From a virus (taxonomy: Duplodnaviria; Caudoviricetes): 64,000 nt of DNA. Below, one piece after another: positions 63,960-64,000 of the stretch. The notes beneath the pieces are model-generated. The model made no database searches. It worked only from the letters and a program-made list of their open reading frames with translations, and was not told the origin of the DNA. The translations under genes were made by a program, and so were the position numbers. Numbering within the stretch: the first letter of the stretch is position 1; the number at the start of each line of letters is the position of its first letter. The DNA is taken from IMG/VR virus record IMGVR_UViG_3300031992_000079, positions 12,269 to 76,268 of that record; one strand, 5' to 3'.

Positions 63960-64000
63960 TTATTACTCCCATCATAGATGTAGATGCCTTCTTTGGCTCT

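Noticed and set aside
1-64000. CRISPR array, integrase/prophage signals or stop-codon recoding
   Set aside because: No regularly spaced repeats, no integrase, and genes are intact and densely packed in the standard code with no suppressor tRNA.

Overview
This AT-rich window holds most of the genome of an N4-like (Schitoviridae-type) lytic podophage. Its host is Gram-negative, inferred from the Rz/Rz1 spanins. The + strand carries the late/virion block (6230-48607): portal, gp58/gp57-like, major capsid, gp55/54/53-like, a set of Cys-free putative ejection proteins including a lytic transglycosylase, a 4858-aa virion RNA polymerase with T7/N4-type motifs A, B and C, terminase subunits, a gp67-like adaptor and a modular tail region. 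The - strand carries the N4-type replication block (family A DNA polymerase, gp42-like nuclease, primase, SLOG protein, Sak4-like ATPase, SSB, RusA-like resolvase, ThyX), accessory genes (ArdC-like, DUF3310), a tRNA cluster, dUTPase, the lysis cassette and arrays of small paralogous genes. The most unusual features are: (i) a ~230-nt structured non-coding segment inside the tRNA cluster, containing a 76-nt cloverleaf with T arm before D arm (circularly permuted, YrlA-like topology) and a possible second permuted module; (ii) an HNH gene wedged between tRNA-Gln and an orphan tRNA 3' half; (iii) an atypical tRNA with an AAA anticodon; (iv) four TCA(C/A)-N7-GC-GAA-GC DNA hairpins resembling N4 vRNAP promoters, two of them followed immediately by a terminator; (v) a promoter/terminator/RBS switch in front of the vRNAP gene. 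Annotations come from motif recognition by eye; no database search was run.
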